Origin: an uncultured Bacteroidota bacterium | GTDB lineage: Bacteria > Bacteroidota > Ignavibacteria > UBA10030 > UBA6906 | Length of the DNA stretch: 64,000 bases | Reading direction: 5' to 3' | NCBI GenBank assembly: GCA_963700635.1 | Contig: CAVOYH010000004.1 | Coordinates: forward strand, 320,001 to 384,000 | Shown here: positions 51,282-60,491 of the stretch, piece after piece | Position numbering within the stretch: position 1 is the stretch's first letter | Layout: the number at the start of each line of letters is the position of its first letter | Translations under genes and position numbers: made by a program | The notes under the pieces: model-generated | Databases searched by the model: none | What the model saw: the letters and a program-made list of their open reading frames with translations, nothing else | What the model was told of the DNA's origin: nothing

Positions 51282-52127
51282 CTACACCAGCTCGATCGCG
51301 GGCACTGTCCCGACGACCCCCTTCTCTGCAGCCCGGGCGAACAGCAACTTCAGCCCGCGAAGGCCTTTTTCCCCCATGTCGATGGTCAGCTCGCTCACAT
51401 ACATCTTAACGAACTTCTCGCCCAGGGTGTAGTCGATCCCCCGTCCCCATTGCATGGCATACGGGATGGACTCATCCTGGTGGGCATAACCGTACGCAAT
51501 ACTCTCCTTCAGGCCGCGTGAGAGACGTTGGGCCAGATCCATCCCCAGATCCTTGCGCACAACATCCAGGCCCAGCGGGAGCGGCAGTCCCCGGCTCTCC
51601 TTCTCCCAGAACTCCCCGAAGTCAAGAATCTTGTTGTATCCGAGTGACTGATACGTGATCTGTCCTTCGTGGATCAGGAGCCCGGCATCCACGTCGCCCG
51701 CATCGACCGCTTGCATGATCGAGTCAAACGGCATGTCAACGTGGCGGATACCTTCGGTGAATGTGCGGAAGAGGAGGGTGGCCGTCGTCAGCGGGCCCGG
51801 TGTTCCCACGAGCTTTCCCCTGAGTTCCTCCAGCGACTTGTACTTCCGCGACACAATCACTGGTCCATACCCCTCGCCCATACTCGCCCCCGTGCGCATG
51901 ATCCAGTACTGGTGCGCCACGGAAGGGAACGCATGGGCCGAAATAGCCGTGACCTCCAGTTCACCCTTCAGTGCGCGGACATTGAGCGACTGGATGTCTT
52001 CGAGTTGATGTTCGATGGTGATGCCTTCCAGTTTCACCTTGCCGCTGGCAAGTCCGTAGAACATAAATGCGTCATCGGGATCCGGGCTATGCCCTACACG
52101 GATCACGCGTTCAGAATGCGTGGTCAT
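51282..52127 (-). CDS. mqnD: 1,4-dihydroxy-6-naphthoate synthase
   Basis: GHSPDPDDAFMFY, DIQSLN, GASMG.GYGP, PG..TTA, LLIHEGQ, LPLPLG, MYV. Confidence 0.92.
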   Translation of the reverse strand: MTTHSERVIRVGHSPDPDDAFMFYGLASGKVKLEGITIEHQLEDIQSLNVRALKGELEVTAISAHAFPSVAHQYWIMRTGASMGEGYGPVIVSRKYKSLEELRGKLVGTPGPLTTATLLFRTFTEGIRHVDMPFDSIMQAVDAGDVDAGLLIHEGQITYQSLGYNKILDFGEFWEKESRGLPLPLGLDVVRKDLGMDLAQRLSRGLKESIAYGYAHQDESIPYAMQWGRGIDYTLGEKFVKMYVSELTIDMGEKGLRGLKLLFARAAEKGVVGTVPAIELV

Positions 52128-52813
52128 TTTTCTCCTGTATAAATTGTGGCTATGCCAAAAGTCAGACGTTTCTCTTGCGGAGATCGGATGCCCGTCTCCC
52201 TCAATATGTCGAGGAACTCGTTTCCTTCAGGGAACTTCATGACGGTGTCCGGCAGGTATGTATATGCCGCCCGATCTCCCGAGATTGCCCGACCCAGAAG
52301 CGGAAGAATGCGGCGGAAGTAGAACAGGTAGAGCTGCCGGAGCGGAAAGACCGATGGTCTTGAGAATTCAAGTATCAACACCCGCCCGCCGGGTCGGATC
52401 ACGCGTCGCATTTCGCGTAATCCCTGAGGAAGATTTTCAAAGTTTCGTGCTCCGAACGCCACAATGGCGGCATCGAACGAATCATCCGGAAATTCCAGGC
52501 ATTCGGCCTCGCCGGGATTCAGACGAACCATATGGTCCACACCCTTCCGGCGGATTTTCTGTTGTCCGATGGCCAGCATCTTTCCGGCGATATCTATTCC
52601 CACAACCTCCTGCGGATTCAGGCGGAGGGACGCGATGGCAAAATCTGCTGTGCCGGTTGCCACATCCAGAATGCGGCGGGGTTGCAAGTCCAGCAGCGTG
52701 TCGATGGCTTTCTTCCGCCAGTAAAAATCCACCCCCCCGCTCAGCAGGTGGTTCAGCAGGTCATAGCGGTACGCGATGGCGTCGAACAGGGAACGGACGT
52801 AGTGTTTTTCCAG
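52124..52813 (-). CDS. menG: demethylmenaquinone methyltransferase UbiE/MenG
   Basis: V..LFD.IA.RYDLLN.LLS.G.D..WR N-terminus extends 27 codons upstream of the ORF-track start. Also LDVATGTAD, AFG.RN, ILEFS, AYTYLP. Confidence 0.9.
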   Translation of the reverse strand: MEKHYVRSLFDAIAYRYDLLNHLLSGGVDFYWRKKAIDTLLDLQPRRILDVATGTADFAIASLRLNPQEVVGIDIAGKMLAIGQQKIRRKGVDHMVRLNPGEAECLEFPDDSFDAAIVAFGARNFENLPQGLREMRRVIRPGGRVLILEFSRPSVFPLRQLYLFYFRRILPLLGRAISGDRAAYTYLPDTVMKFPEGNEFLDILRETGIRSPQEKRLTFGIATIYTGEK

Positions 52814-52901
52814 GGGAATAGTGGTGCAGTTATGAGTACAGAGTTATGCGTTGAATGCCGGCGCATCCGCAAAGTACGGAATAAGGGTCAAATATCCAAT
52901 C

Positions 52902-52930
52902 TTGACTTTCTCACCCTCTTGCCGTACTCT
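52902..52930 (+). promoter_or_regulatory. promoter of the aro operon (likely leaderless)
   Basis: TTGACT-17 nt-TACTCT, 6 nt before the ATG at 52937. Confidence 0.55.
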
Positions 52931-52936
52931 GAATGT

Positions 52937-54022
52937 ATGAACCGGAATCTTCTCGTACGTTTGCCGGGGGGGAAAGACCGCACATATCCTGTCCTGATTG
53001 AGCCGGGGCTACTAAAAAAGCTTCCCACGCTTCTGAACGATCGGTGGAAAGGGCGCGCACTGTTTGTGGTGACCGACACGAACGTCGGTCGGCTGTATGG
53101 CCGTGCGGTAAAGCGCAGACTCCAGCGCGCAGGCCGTGATGTCACGCTCATTGAAATCCCCGCGGGCGAAAAATCGAAATCCATCGATATGTATCATGCG
53201 CTTTTGACCGCGCTTCTCGAGAATCATGTTCGCAGATCAAGTGTTGTGGTTGCGCTCGGGGGCGGGGTTGTCGGGGACCTTGCGGGCTTTGCAGCCGCAA
53301 CAGCTCTGCGCGGTGTGACATTTGTTCAAGTGCCGACGAGTCTTCTGGCCCAGGTCGACAGCAGCGTCGGAGGCAAAGTCGGTATCGACCATCAGTTGGG
53401 GAAAAACCTGATCGGTGCTTTTTTCCAACCTTCCCTCGTGATCATTGATCCCGCCGTTCTGAAGACCCTTCCGGCGGCCGAATTCAGGAACGGCATCGCG
53501 GAAATCGTCAAGATTGCAGCCGCGCTGGACAAGAGGTTTTTTGCACTTCTCGAACGGCGCGCACACCAGTTGAAACCGGCAAATGTCCAACTTCTGACAT
53601 CCGTGATTGCCACGTCCGTCGGATTAAAAGCTGCCGTGGTGATGAAGGATGAGCAGGAGGCAGGGCTGCGAAAAGCCCTGAACCTGGGTCATACGTTCGG
53701 CCATGCACTCGAAGCCGCAAGCAAGTTCCGCCTGCGGCACGGGGAAGCTGTGGCGGCAGGGATGATCCTGGAAGGCAGGATTGCGGTCACGACCGGCCTT
53801 CTGCCCCTCGGTGAGTTCAGGCGGTTGCAGCGCCTGCTGGATGCAGTCGGCTTGCCCACCCGGTTACCCTCCGGTCTGAATGTGAAGAGTGTGCTGGATC
53901 ACCTTGCGCTCGACAAAAAAGCGGACGCTGACGGCCCGTTGTTTGTCCTACCGAAGATCATGGGAATGTCGGCGATAGATGTACCGGTTCCCGTTCGTCT
54001 TATCCGCTCCGTTCTCGTATGA
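52937..54022 (+). CDS. aroB: 3-dehydroquinate synthase
   Basis: GEKSK, ALGGGVVGDLAGF, QVPTSLLAQVDSSVGGK, KNLIGAF, LNLGHTFGHALE, HGEAVA, DKK. Confidence 0.96.
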   Translation: MNRNLLVRLPGGKDRTYPVLIEPGLLKKLPTLLNDRWKGRALFVVTDTNVGRLYGRAVKRRLQRAGRDVTLIEIPAGEKSKSIDMYHALLTALLENHVRRSSVVVALGGGVVGDLAGFAAATALRGVTFVQVPTSLLAQVDSSVGGKVGIDHQLGKNLIGAFFQPSLVIIDPAVLKTLPAAEFRNGIAEIVKIAAALDKRFFALLERRAHQLKPANVQLLTSVIATSVGLKAAVVMKDEQEAGLRKALNLGHTFGHALEAASKFRLRHGEAVAAGMILEGRIAVTTGLLPLGEFRRLQRLLDAVGLPTRLPSGLNVKSVLDHLALDKKADADGPLFVLPKIMGMSAIDVPVPVRLIRSVLV

Positions 54023-55497
54023 TTATCGTGACCATCACGGGAGTGACACTCAGCGACGCCCTCCGGCAGGTACAACGGTCTTCCCGTTATGCGGACATGA
54101 TGGAGCTGCGGCTCGATATGATCGGGCATGAAGCGGGCACCGCGATTCTCCGGAGCAGCCGGAAGCCATGTATCGTGACGTGCCGTCCGGCTCGCGAGGG
54201 AGGTTTGTATGAGGGAGATGAGCACACTCGCCTGGGCCTGCTCGGGGAATCGGCGCGCGCCGGAGCTGCGTACGTGGACATTGAGCATGATGCTCTACGG
54301 GAGTTTCGCGGATGGCTCAAGGCGGCCCGTGTGTCCACAAAACTTATTGTTTCAAAACATGTTTTTGACGGCCACATCCCCGACATCCGCAAAGAATACA
54401 GAACCCTCCGCGCTGCGCGTGCTGACGTTGTGAAGTTCGCCTTTATGGCCTCAGATGCCTGGCAGCTGGTCCTGGTGCGGGATTTTTTGAACATGGCCCG
54501 CACTGACCGGCAGAACGCCATCGCCCTTGCCATGGGCGGCCCGGGGGAAGCGAGCCGGATACTCTACAAGGTTCTCGGCGGATGGGCTACCTATGGTGCA
54601 CCGGAACAGGGCGCGGGTTCAGCCTCCGGACAACTCCCTGCCCGCACGCTGCGCACCGTCTTCCGCGCCCATACGCGTACCAGGCGCACCAGAGTTTTTG
54701 GTCTCGTCGGGAATCCTGTTGCACAGAGCAAGGGCATCTATATTCATAACCCTCTGTACCATTCAGCCGGATATAACGGCATCTATGTACGATTTGCGGT
54801 CACTGATGTTGCCCGGTTCATGAAAGAGGTGGGTCCTTCTCTGTCAGGATGCAGCGTCACCCTTCCACACAAGACAGAGATGATGCGGTATTGTTCTTCA
54901 TCGACCGCCAGCGCCGCGGCGATAGGAGCCGTGAATACGATTGTCCGGACTCGTGACGGTTGGTTTGGGGCAAACACAGACGCTCATGCCGCTCTGGATG
55001 CCATCGAGCAGAGGGTGCGTGTACGGGATACGCGTGTTGTTATCCTGGGCGCGGGCGGAGCGGCACGGGCAATTGCCGCAGAGGCAAAACGCCGCGGTGC
55101 CGCTGTGGTGATAGCCAACCGGACTGCGGCAAACGCACAGGCCATGGCGGCCGAGCTGGATGTGGAGTGGACTTTGTTGAACAACGCGACGGACCTCCGG
55201 CCCGATATTCTTGTGAATACAACCCCGGTCGGAATGTGGCCCGAAGTGCACTGCACACCGGTGCCCGTAATACCGGGAAGTGTGCAACTTGTCTTTGATG
55301 CCATCTATAATCCTGCCATGACCCGTTTGCTTGAGATGGCAAAGGACCGGGGTGTAGAGGTGGTGACCGGGGTGGAGATGTACGCACGGCAGGCCGCTGA
55401 GCAGATCCGCCTCCTCACCGGTGTGCGGGTCACCGTCTCCAGGATCCGGCGTTTATTCGAGACTGCCACAACCGCTCCCCCCGGGGCCAGGTCCTAA
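54019..55497 (+). CDS. aroE: bifunctional type I 3-dehydroquinate dehydratase / shikimate dehydrogenase (AroD-AroE fusion)
   Basis: N-terminal ELRLD, T.R...EGG, YVDIE, ADVVK, AMG..G..SR, GQ. C-terminal G.PVAQS....HN, VTLPHK, GAVNT, NTD, GAGGAARA, NRT, NTTPVGM. Confidence 0.9.
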   Translation: MIIVTITGVTLSDALRQVQRSSRYADMMELRLDMIGHEAGTAILRSSRKPCIVTCRPAREGGLYEGDEHTRLGLLGESARAGAAYVDIEHDALREFRGWLKAARVSTKLIVSKHVFDGHIPDIRKEYRTLRAARADVVKFAFMASDAWQLVLVRDFLNMARTDRQNAIALAMGGPGEASRILYKVLGGWATYGAPEQGAGSASGQLPARTLRTVFRAHTRTRRTRVFGLVGNPVAQSKGIYIHNPLYHSAGYNGIYVRFAVTDVARFMKEVGPSLSGCSVTLPHKTEMMRYCSSSTASAAAIGAVNTIVRTRDGWFGANTDAHAALDAIEQRVRVRDTRVVILGAGGAARAIAAEAKRRGAAVVIANRTAANAQAMAAELDVEWTLLNNATDLRPDILVNTTPVGMWPEVHCTPVPVIPGSVQLVFDAIYNPAMTRLLEMAKDRGVEVVTGVEMYARQAAEQIRLLTGVRVTVSRIRRLFETATTAPPGARS

Positions 55498-55509
55498 CGC
55501 CACCCTCCC

Positions 55510-56778
55510 ATGTCAACTCCACGGATCATACAACCGGCAGCCTCCCTCAATGGGCACATGCGTGTTCCCGGTTCTAAAAGTATAACGAACCGGGCGCTGG
55601 TTTGCGCGGCGCTGGCGGAGGCCGGGTCGGTCATCCGCAATCTGTCGGACAGCAGTGACACCGCGATGATGATCAACGGACTAAACCAGATGGGAGTGCT
55701 GGCGAGACGGTCGGGCGACGTAACGGAAGTGCAGGGTACAGGAGGGAGACTCTATGCGCCGCGATACCCCATTCCTATCGGAAATGCCGGAACGACGCTC
55801 CGCTTCCTCCTTTCCGTGGCGGCCCGTGCGTCGGGAACGACGGTGTTTGAAGGAACGGAGAGAATGGCCCAGCGGCCGATACAACCTCTGCTTGATGCGC
55901 TGGCCGGTCTTGGAGTCCGGATCGAATTCCAGCAGGCGCACTCTCGGTATGTCGTTCACGGCGGAATCGTGCGTGGCGGGAGGACGAAGGTTGCCGGTGA
56001 TCTGAGTTCGCAGTTTGTTTCATCCCTGTTACTGGCCTCGCCCGGAATGGAGAACGGACTGCTTCTGGAAGTACCGGGTGTTCGTATTTCCGCACCGTAT
56101 GTGACAATGACGATCCGGGTAATGCAGGCCTTCGGTGCCGGGGTTCGTGTGGACCAGGGACGATTCGAGATTCCGGCCGGCACCAGGTATCACCCGGCCG
56201 AGTATACCGTAGAGGCGGATGCATCCAGCGCCACATATCCCTTCGCAGCAGCCGCGATATGCGGGGGATCCGTATCCGTTGCGGATCTCGCCGAAGATTC
56301 GATGCAAAGTGATGTTGGCTTTCTTGATGTGCTTGAACGAATGGGATGTACCGTAAACCGGGAGGGAAGGCATGTTACCGTTACCCGGTCCGGGGCGTTG
56401 TGCGGAATCGACGTGGATATGAACGAGATGCCCGACGCCGTCCCTGCGCTGGTTGCAGCAGCGCTTTTCGCGGAGACCCCGACACGCATCCGGAATGTCG
56501 CACATCTGCGGTTTAAGGAGTCGGACCGGCTCGGAACGCTCGCAGAAGAGCTGACGGGGCTCGGGGCAGACGTGAGCGTGGTGGAGGATGGGCTCGAAAT
56601 CCGCCCGGCCCGGCTACACGGCGCAACACTTGATCCGCATGAAGACCACCGGTTGGCAATGCTTTTTGGCTTGATAGGGTTACGGATCCCGGGGATCGTC
56701 GTGGAGCAACCGGAATGCGTGCAGAAGTCGTATCCCCGATTCTGGGAAGAGCTGGACAAACTTTCTGTTCATCAATAA
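55510..56778 (+). CDS. aroA: EPSP synthase
   Basis: PGSKSITNRAL, GNAGT..R, SSQFVS.LL, LR.KESDR, EDHRLAM, V.KSYP.FW. Confidence 0.96.
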   Translation: MSTPRIIQPAASLNGHMRVPGSKSITNRALVCAALAEAGSVIRNLSDSSDTAMMINGLNQMGVLARRSGDVTEVQGTGGRLYAPRYPIPIGNAGTTLRFLLSVAARASGTTVFEGTERMAQRPIQPLLDALAGLGVRIEFQQAHSRYVVHGGIVRGGRTKVAGDLSSQFVSSLLLASPGMENGLLLEVPGVRISAPYVTMTIRVMQAFGAGVRVDQGRFEIPAGTRYHPAEYTVEADASSATYPFAAAAICGGSVSVADLAEDSMQSDVGFLDVLERMGCTVNREGRHVTVTRSGALCGIDVDMNEMPDAVPALVAAALFAETPTRIRNVAHLRFKESDRLGTLAEELTGLGADVSVVEDGLEIRPARLHGATLDPHEDHRLAMLFGLIGLRIPGIVVEQPECVQKSYPRFWEELDKLSVHQ

Positions 56779-56804
56779 CAATATTTAATTTCGTATCTTT
56801 GGTC

Positions 56805-57995
56805 ATGGCTGGAAACTCGTTCGGAAAATATTTCCGTATTACCACCTTCGGTGAAAGCCACGGTCCCGCTCTGGGCGTGCTCATTGATGGCGTGCGTCCC
56901 GGGAAACGATTCAGCGTTGCGGCGATTCAGCGGGAGCTCGACCGCCGGCGTCCCGGGCAGAGTACGCTGACAACACCCCGGAGAGAACCTGACAGGGTTG
57001 AAGTGCTCAGTGGAGTTTTTGAGGGAAAGACCACGGGTATGCCGATTTGCCTGATCGTTCGGAACACGGATCAGCGTCCGATGGCGTATGAGAAGATCAA
57101 GGCCATGTTCCGGCCGGGACATGCGGGGTACACCTATCTGGCGAAATTCGGAGTTGCCGACTATCGTGGAGGCGGGAGATCTTCTGGGCGAGAAACGGTT
57201 GCGCGTGTTGCGGCGGGGGCAGTGGCGAAAGAATTTCTGGCCGCCCGGGGGATTGAGATCATCGGTCACACGGTCGAGGTGGCGGGCATACGGGCCCTGG
57301 GGTTCGAGCAATCGGTGATTGAGCAGAATCCGCTGCGGTGTGCGGATCCGCGCGCTGCGGAGGAGATGGAGAGGGCAGTGATGGCTGCCCGTGATGAAGG
57401 CGACTCTGTCGGAGGAATTGTGGAAGTGATCGTGCGTCGGTTGCCGGTCGGGTTGGGAGAACCGGTCTTTGACAAGCTGGACGCCGACCTCGCGCATGCG
57501 TTGATGTCCATTGGAGCGGTCAAGGGTGTCGAGTTTGGAAACGGATTTGCTGCGGCGAAACTCAAGGGGAGCGAGAACAACGATCCGATCTTCTCTGATC
57601 CATCGTCGGGGCGTATCCGGACCCGAACCAACAATGCAGGTGGTATCGCCGGAGGGATTTCAAACGGCGAGGATGTCGTTGTCCGGATAGCGGTGAAACC
57701 CACGTCGTCAATCCGTAAAGAGCAGGAGACGGTCACGCTCGACGGGCAACCCGCGCGCATCTCCGTGCATGGCCGGCATGACCCATGTATCTGTCCGCGA
57801 ATCGTGCCCGTTGCGGAATCCATGGTAGCTCTGACTCTGCTGAACCATCTAACCAGGCATCAGATTCTCCGGGGGGGCGGAAAAAAGGGCGAGCTCCGAG
57901 AAATGCTCTCGCTCATTGAACAGGACATGGCTCTTCTGAAGGAGATGCGGAAATGGGTTTCTGCCGCGGTCGGAAAACGAACAGCACGGGTGTAA
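56805..57995 (+). CDS. aroC: chorismate synthase with C-terminal extension
   Basis: GNSFG...TTFGESHG, RRRPGQ, RPGHA, GGRSSGRET, NNAGG..GGISNG, KPTSSI, GRHDPCI.PR. Confidence 0.96.
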   Translation: MAGNSFGKYFRITTFGESHGPALGVLIDGVRPGKRFSVAAIQRELDRRRPGQSTLTTPRREPDRVEVLSGVFEGKTTGMPICLIVRNTDQRPMAYEKIKAMFRPGHAGYTYLAKFGVADYRGGGRSSGRETVARVAAGAVAKEFLAARGIEIIGHTVEVAGIRALGFEQSVIEQNPLRCADPRAAEEMERAVMAARDEGDSVGGIVEVIVRRLPVGLGEPVFDKLDADLAHALMSIGAVKGVEFGNGFAAAKLKGSENNDPIFSDPSSGRIRTRTNNAGGIAGGISNGEDVVVRIAVKPTSSIRKEQETVTLDGQPARISVHGRHDPCICPRIVPVAESMVALTLLNHLTRHQILRGGGKKGELREMLSLIEQDMALLKEMRKWVSAAVGKRTARV

Positions 57996-58082
57996 TATGA
58001 ATACGCAGACGATCCGGAGAGAGTGTGTCCCTCCCCCGTTTATCGGGCTTCTCGGCACATCGCTGGAAGATGGGGTGCATGC

Positions 58083-58790
58083 GTGATAGAACTCCGGAAT
58101 GTGGCAAAGAACTATGGATCATTCGTTGCGGTCGACAACATCTCCTTAACAATCCCTCCCGGAGAATTTTTCGGATTTCTTGGCCCGAACGGCGCCGGGA
58201 AAACCACGACGATCAAGATGCTGACAGGTCTCAGCCGTCCGACTTCCGGATCGTGCCTGATCAACGGGTTTGATGTGCAGACTCATCCGGTGGACGCCAA
58301 GAGGTCCTTTGGTTACGTGCCTGATCAACCGCACCTGTATGAACGACTGACAGGCCGGGAATTTTTGTTTTTTGTCGGCGGATTGTTCAAGGTCAGCGGA
58401 GACGTTCTGCGGGCTCGCATTGAACAGTACGCCGAATTGTTCGAAATGGAGCCCTTTCTGGACAAGCCCGCAGAGGAGTATTCTCAGGGGATGAGACAGC
58501 GGGTGGCGATTGTCGCGGCATTGGTGCATGATCCGCTCGTGGTCATCATCGACGAGCCGTTACTGGGGCTTGATCCACGGAGTGGATGGCTGGTGAAGAA
58601 GACTCTCAAAGAGCTGACCCAGAAGGGACTGACCGTATTTATGTCCACCCACCTCCTCCGGGTTGTCGAAGAGCTGTGTGACCGGATTGTTATTATCAAG
58701 GAAGGCAGGATCATCTACGAGGATGCCTCAAAGTCCTCATGGGGTGACGATGGCCAGCTTGAGAAGACTTTTCTTCACATCACACGATAG
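58083..58790 (+). CDS. ABC transporter ATP-binding protein
   Basis: GPNGAGKTT Walker A, YSQGM signature, IIDEP..GLDP Walker B, STH. Confidence 0.93.
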   Translation: MIELRNVAKNYGSFVAVDNISLTIPPGEFFGFLGPNGAGKTTTIKMLTGLSRPTSGSCLINGFDVQTHPVDAKRSFGYVPDQPHLYERLTGREFLFFVGGLFKVSGDVLRARIEQYAELFEMEPFLDKPAEEYSQGMRQRVAIVAALVHDPLVVIIDEPLLGLDPRSGWLVKKTLKELTQKGLTVFMSTHLLRVVEELCDRIVIIKEGRIIYEDASKSSWGDDGQLEKTFLHITR

Positions 58791-58795
58791 CCTCC

Positions 58796-60481
58796 ATGCA
58801 CGCACTCTTGCTCTTGCTGAATGTCCGGGCCATGATGCTGATCAAGAACATCACCGACCTGCGCTGGCATTCCCTCAGCAAGAACATTTCTTCTGTCGTG
58901 ATTTTTGGCAGTGTGGCCGTTGGCACCTTTGTCTTTGTCCGGATCTTTACGGTCTATCTTGTTCACCAGGTTCAGGTTGATCTGTATTCTCTTCACGGAT
59001 TTCTCTCGTTCGTGCTCCTCAGCTTTTTTCTTTCGGTCAACATGGTAGGCCTCCTGGTGAGCTACGCAACCCTGTACACGGCGGATGATGTCCCGTTCCT
59101 GCTGGGATTGCCGGTTTCGCACACGGCTGTGTTCGGTGTGCGTATGGTGGAGAATATCGTCACCAGCGGGGCGACCCTGACCCTGCTGGGAATGGCAGGG
59201 GTTCTTGCATACGGGTCGGTCTTTCATCTGGGTTTCTGGCAATACCTGCTCATTATGTTTGGCGTCTTTCTCCCCTTTGTGTTGATTGCCGGAATGCTGG
59301 CAGTGATGACCCTGACAGGTCTTATCCTGATGGCTGCCCGGATCGGTGTCCGCTGGATGGTCGCGCTTGCAATCCCGGCGTACGTCGGCGTGACAGCGTT
59401 CCTTCTGCAGAACGTCGACCCCATGTTGCTGATCCGGTCTGCGACGCTTCCGTCCGGCGGATCGTTAGGCAACACAGGCGGGGGAGGTGCGGCTGTTCTG
59501 CTCTGGCTGCCCAGTGAATGGGTTTCGCGTGCTCTACAATCTCTGGTTCAGCACCGGCCTGCAGAGGCCTTGTCGTATGTGGGTCTCCTGCTGCTGCTGC
59601 TCGGGCTTCTCGCTGCGGCAGCGGTGCTGGTAGGTCGGAGGTGGTACTATAGTTCCTGGCTTGCGGCGGCAGAGATGCGCTCGCGCAGGAATTCGGCGAC
59701 GGGCTGGTTCCGCTTCCGGCTCATGGAATTCGGCCGTTTCTGGGGCTACCGGCCGCATCTTGAGGCCGTTCTGAAACGTGATTTCTGGATGTTCTTCCGG
59801 GATCCGGTCCAGCGGATGCACCTGCTCCTGATGGTCTTCCTCGTGTGTGGTGTGGTGTTCTCACTCCGGTCGTTTGATGTGGCTATCATTCGTCCGGCGT
59901 CGCAGGTGCTTTCCTTCGTCACGGTCTTTGTGTTTGTTGGCTTCGTTGTCAGCTCGATGATTCTCCGGTTTGTCTTCCCTGCGGTGAGCCTCGAGGGAGA
60001 CGCCTTCTGGGCGGTGCGCACCGCACCGATTACACTCTCCCGCCTGTACTGGATGAAGTTCATCATTGCACTTCTCCTGGTGTTGGTGCCTGCGGAGTTG
60101 ATGATCATTGCCACACTCCCGGCCTTGCGGGGTCCTTCTTCGTTGCTCCTGCTTGCCGTCACCGGCATGGCTGGTGTTGTGGTTGCCCTGGTGAGCCTCA
60201 ATCTTGGATCGGGCGCGTACTATGCAACGTTAAAGGAAAAGAACCCGGTTAAAGTTGCGTCATCACAGGGAGCATCAGTGACCTTTCTCGGAAGTCTCGT
60301 GATTCTGGTTGTCATCGCCGGTATGCTCGCGCTGCCGGCCTCGGTTGCGACGGGAGTCATATCACAACGATCCCCCCTGGGCGCTCAACTCGTGGCTCTG
60401 GGCGGGACGGTATTGATTGCGTGCGCTGTGACAATCCTCTCGCACCGCCTGGGTCTTCGGGCACTGCGGAAAGACTATTAG
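58796..60481 (+). CDS. putative ABC-2-type exporter permease
   Basis: Multiple hydrophobic TM segments, RD...F.RDP.Q and S.EG..FW...AP motifs. Adjacent to the ABC ATPase. Confidence 0.75.
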   Translation: MHALLLLLNVRAMMLIKNITDLRWHSLSKNISSVVIFGSVAVGTFVFVRIFTVYLVHQVQVDLYSLHGFLSFVLLSFFLSVNMVGLLVSYATLYTADDVPFLLGLPVSHTAVFGVRMVENIVTSGATLTLLGMAGVLAYGSVFHLGFWQYLLIMFGVFLPFVLIAGMLAVMTLTGLILMAARIGVRWMVALAIPAYVGVTAFLLQNVDPMLLIRSATLPSGGSLGNTGGGGAAVLLWLPSEWVSRALQSLVQHRPAEALSYVGLLLLLLGLLAAAAVLVGRRWYYSSWLAAAEMRSRRNSATGWFRFRLMEFGRFWGYRPHLEAVLKRDFWMFFRDPVQRMHLLLMVFLVCGVVFSLRSFDVAIIRPASQVLSFVTVFVFVGFVVSSMILRFVFPAVSLEGDAFWAVRTAPITLSRLYWMKFIIALLLVLVPAELMIIATLPALRGPSSLLLLAVTGMAGVVVALVSLNLGSGAYYATLKEKNPVKVASSQGASVTFLGSLVILVVIAGMLALPASVATGVISQRSPLGAQLVALGGTVLIACAVTILSHRLGLRALRKDY

Positions 60482-60491
60482 GAGCATTCCG

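Noticed and set aside
52532-52936. Apparent 135-aa N-terminal extension of AroB in the ORF track
   Set aside because: It overlaps menG on the opposite strand; the promoter and homology both point to the ATG at 52937
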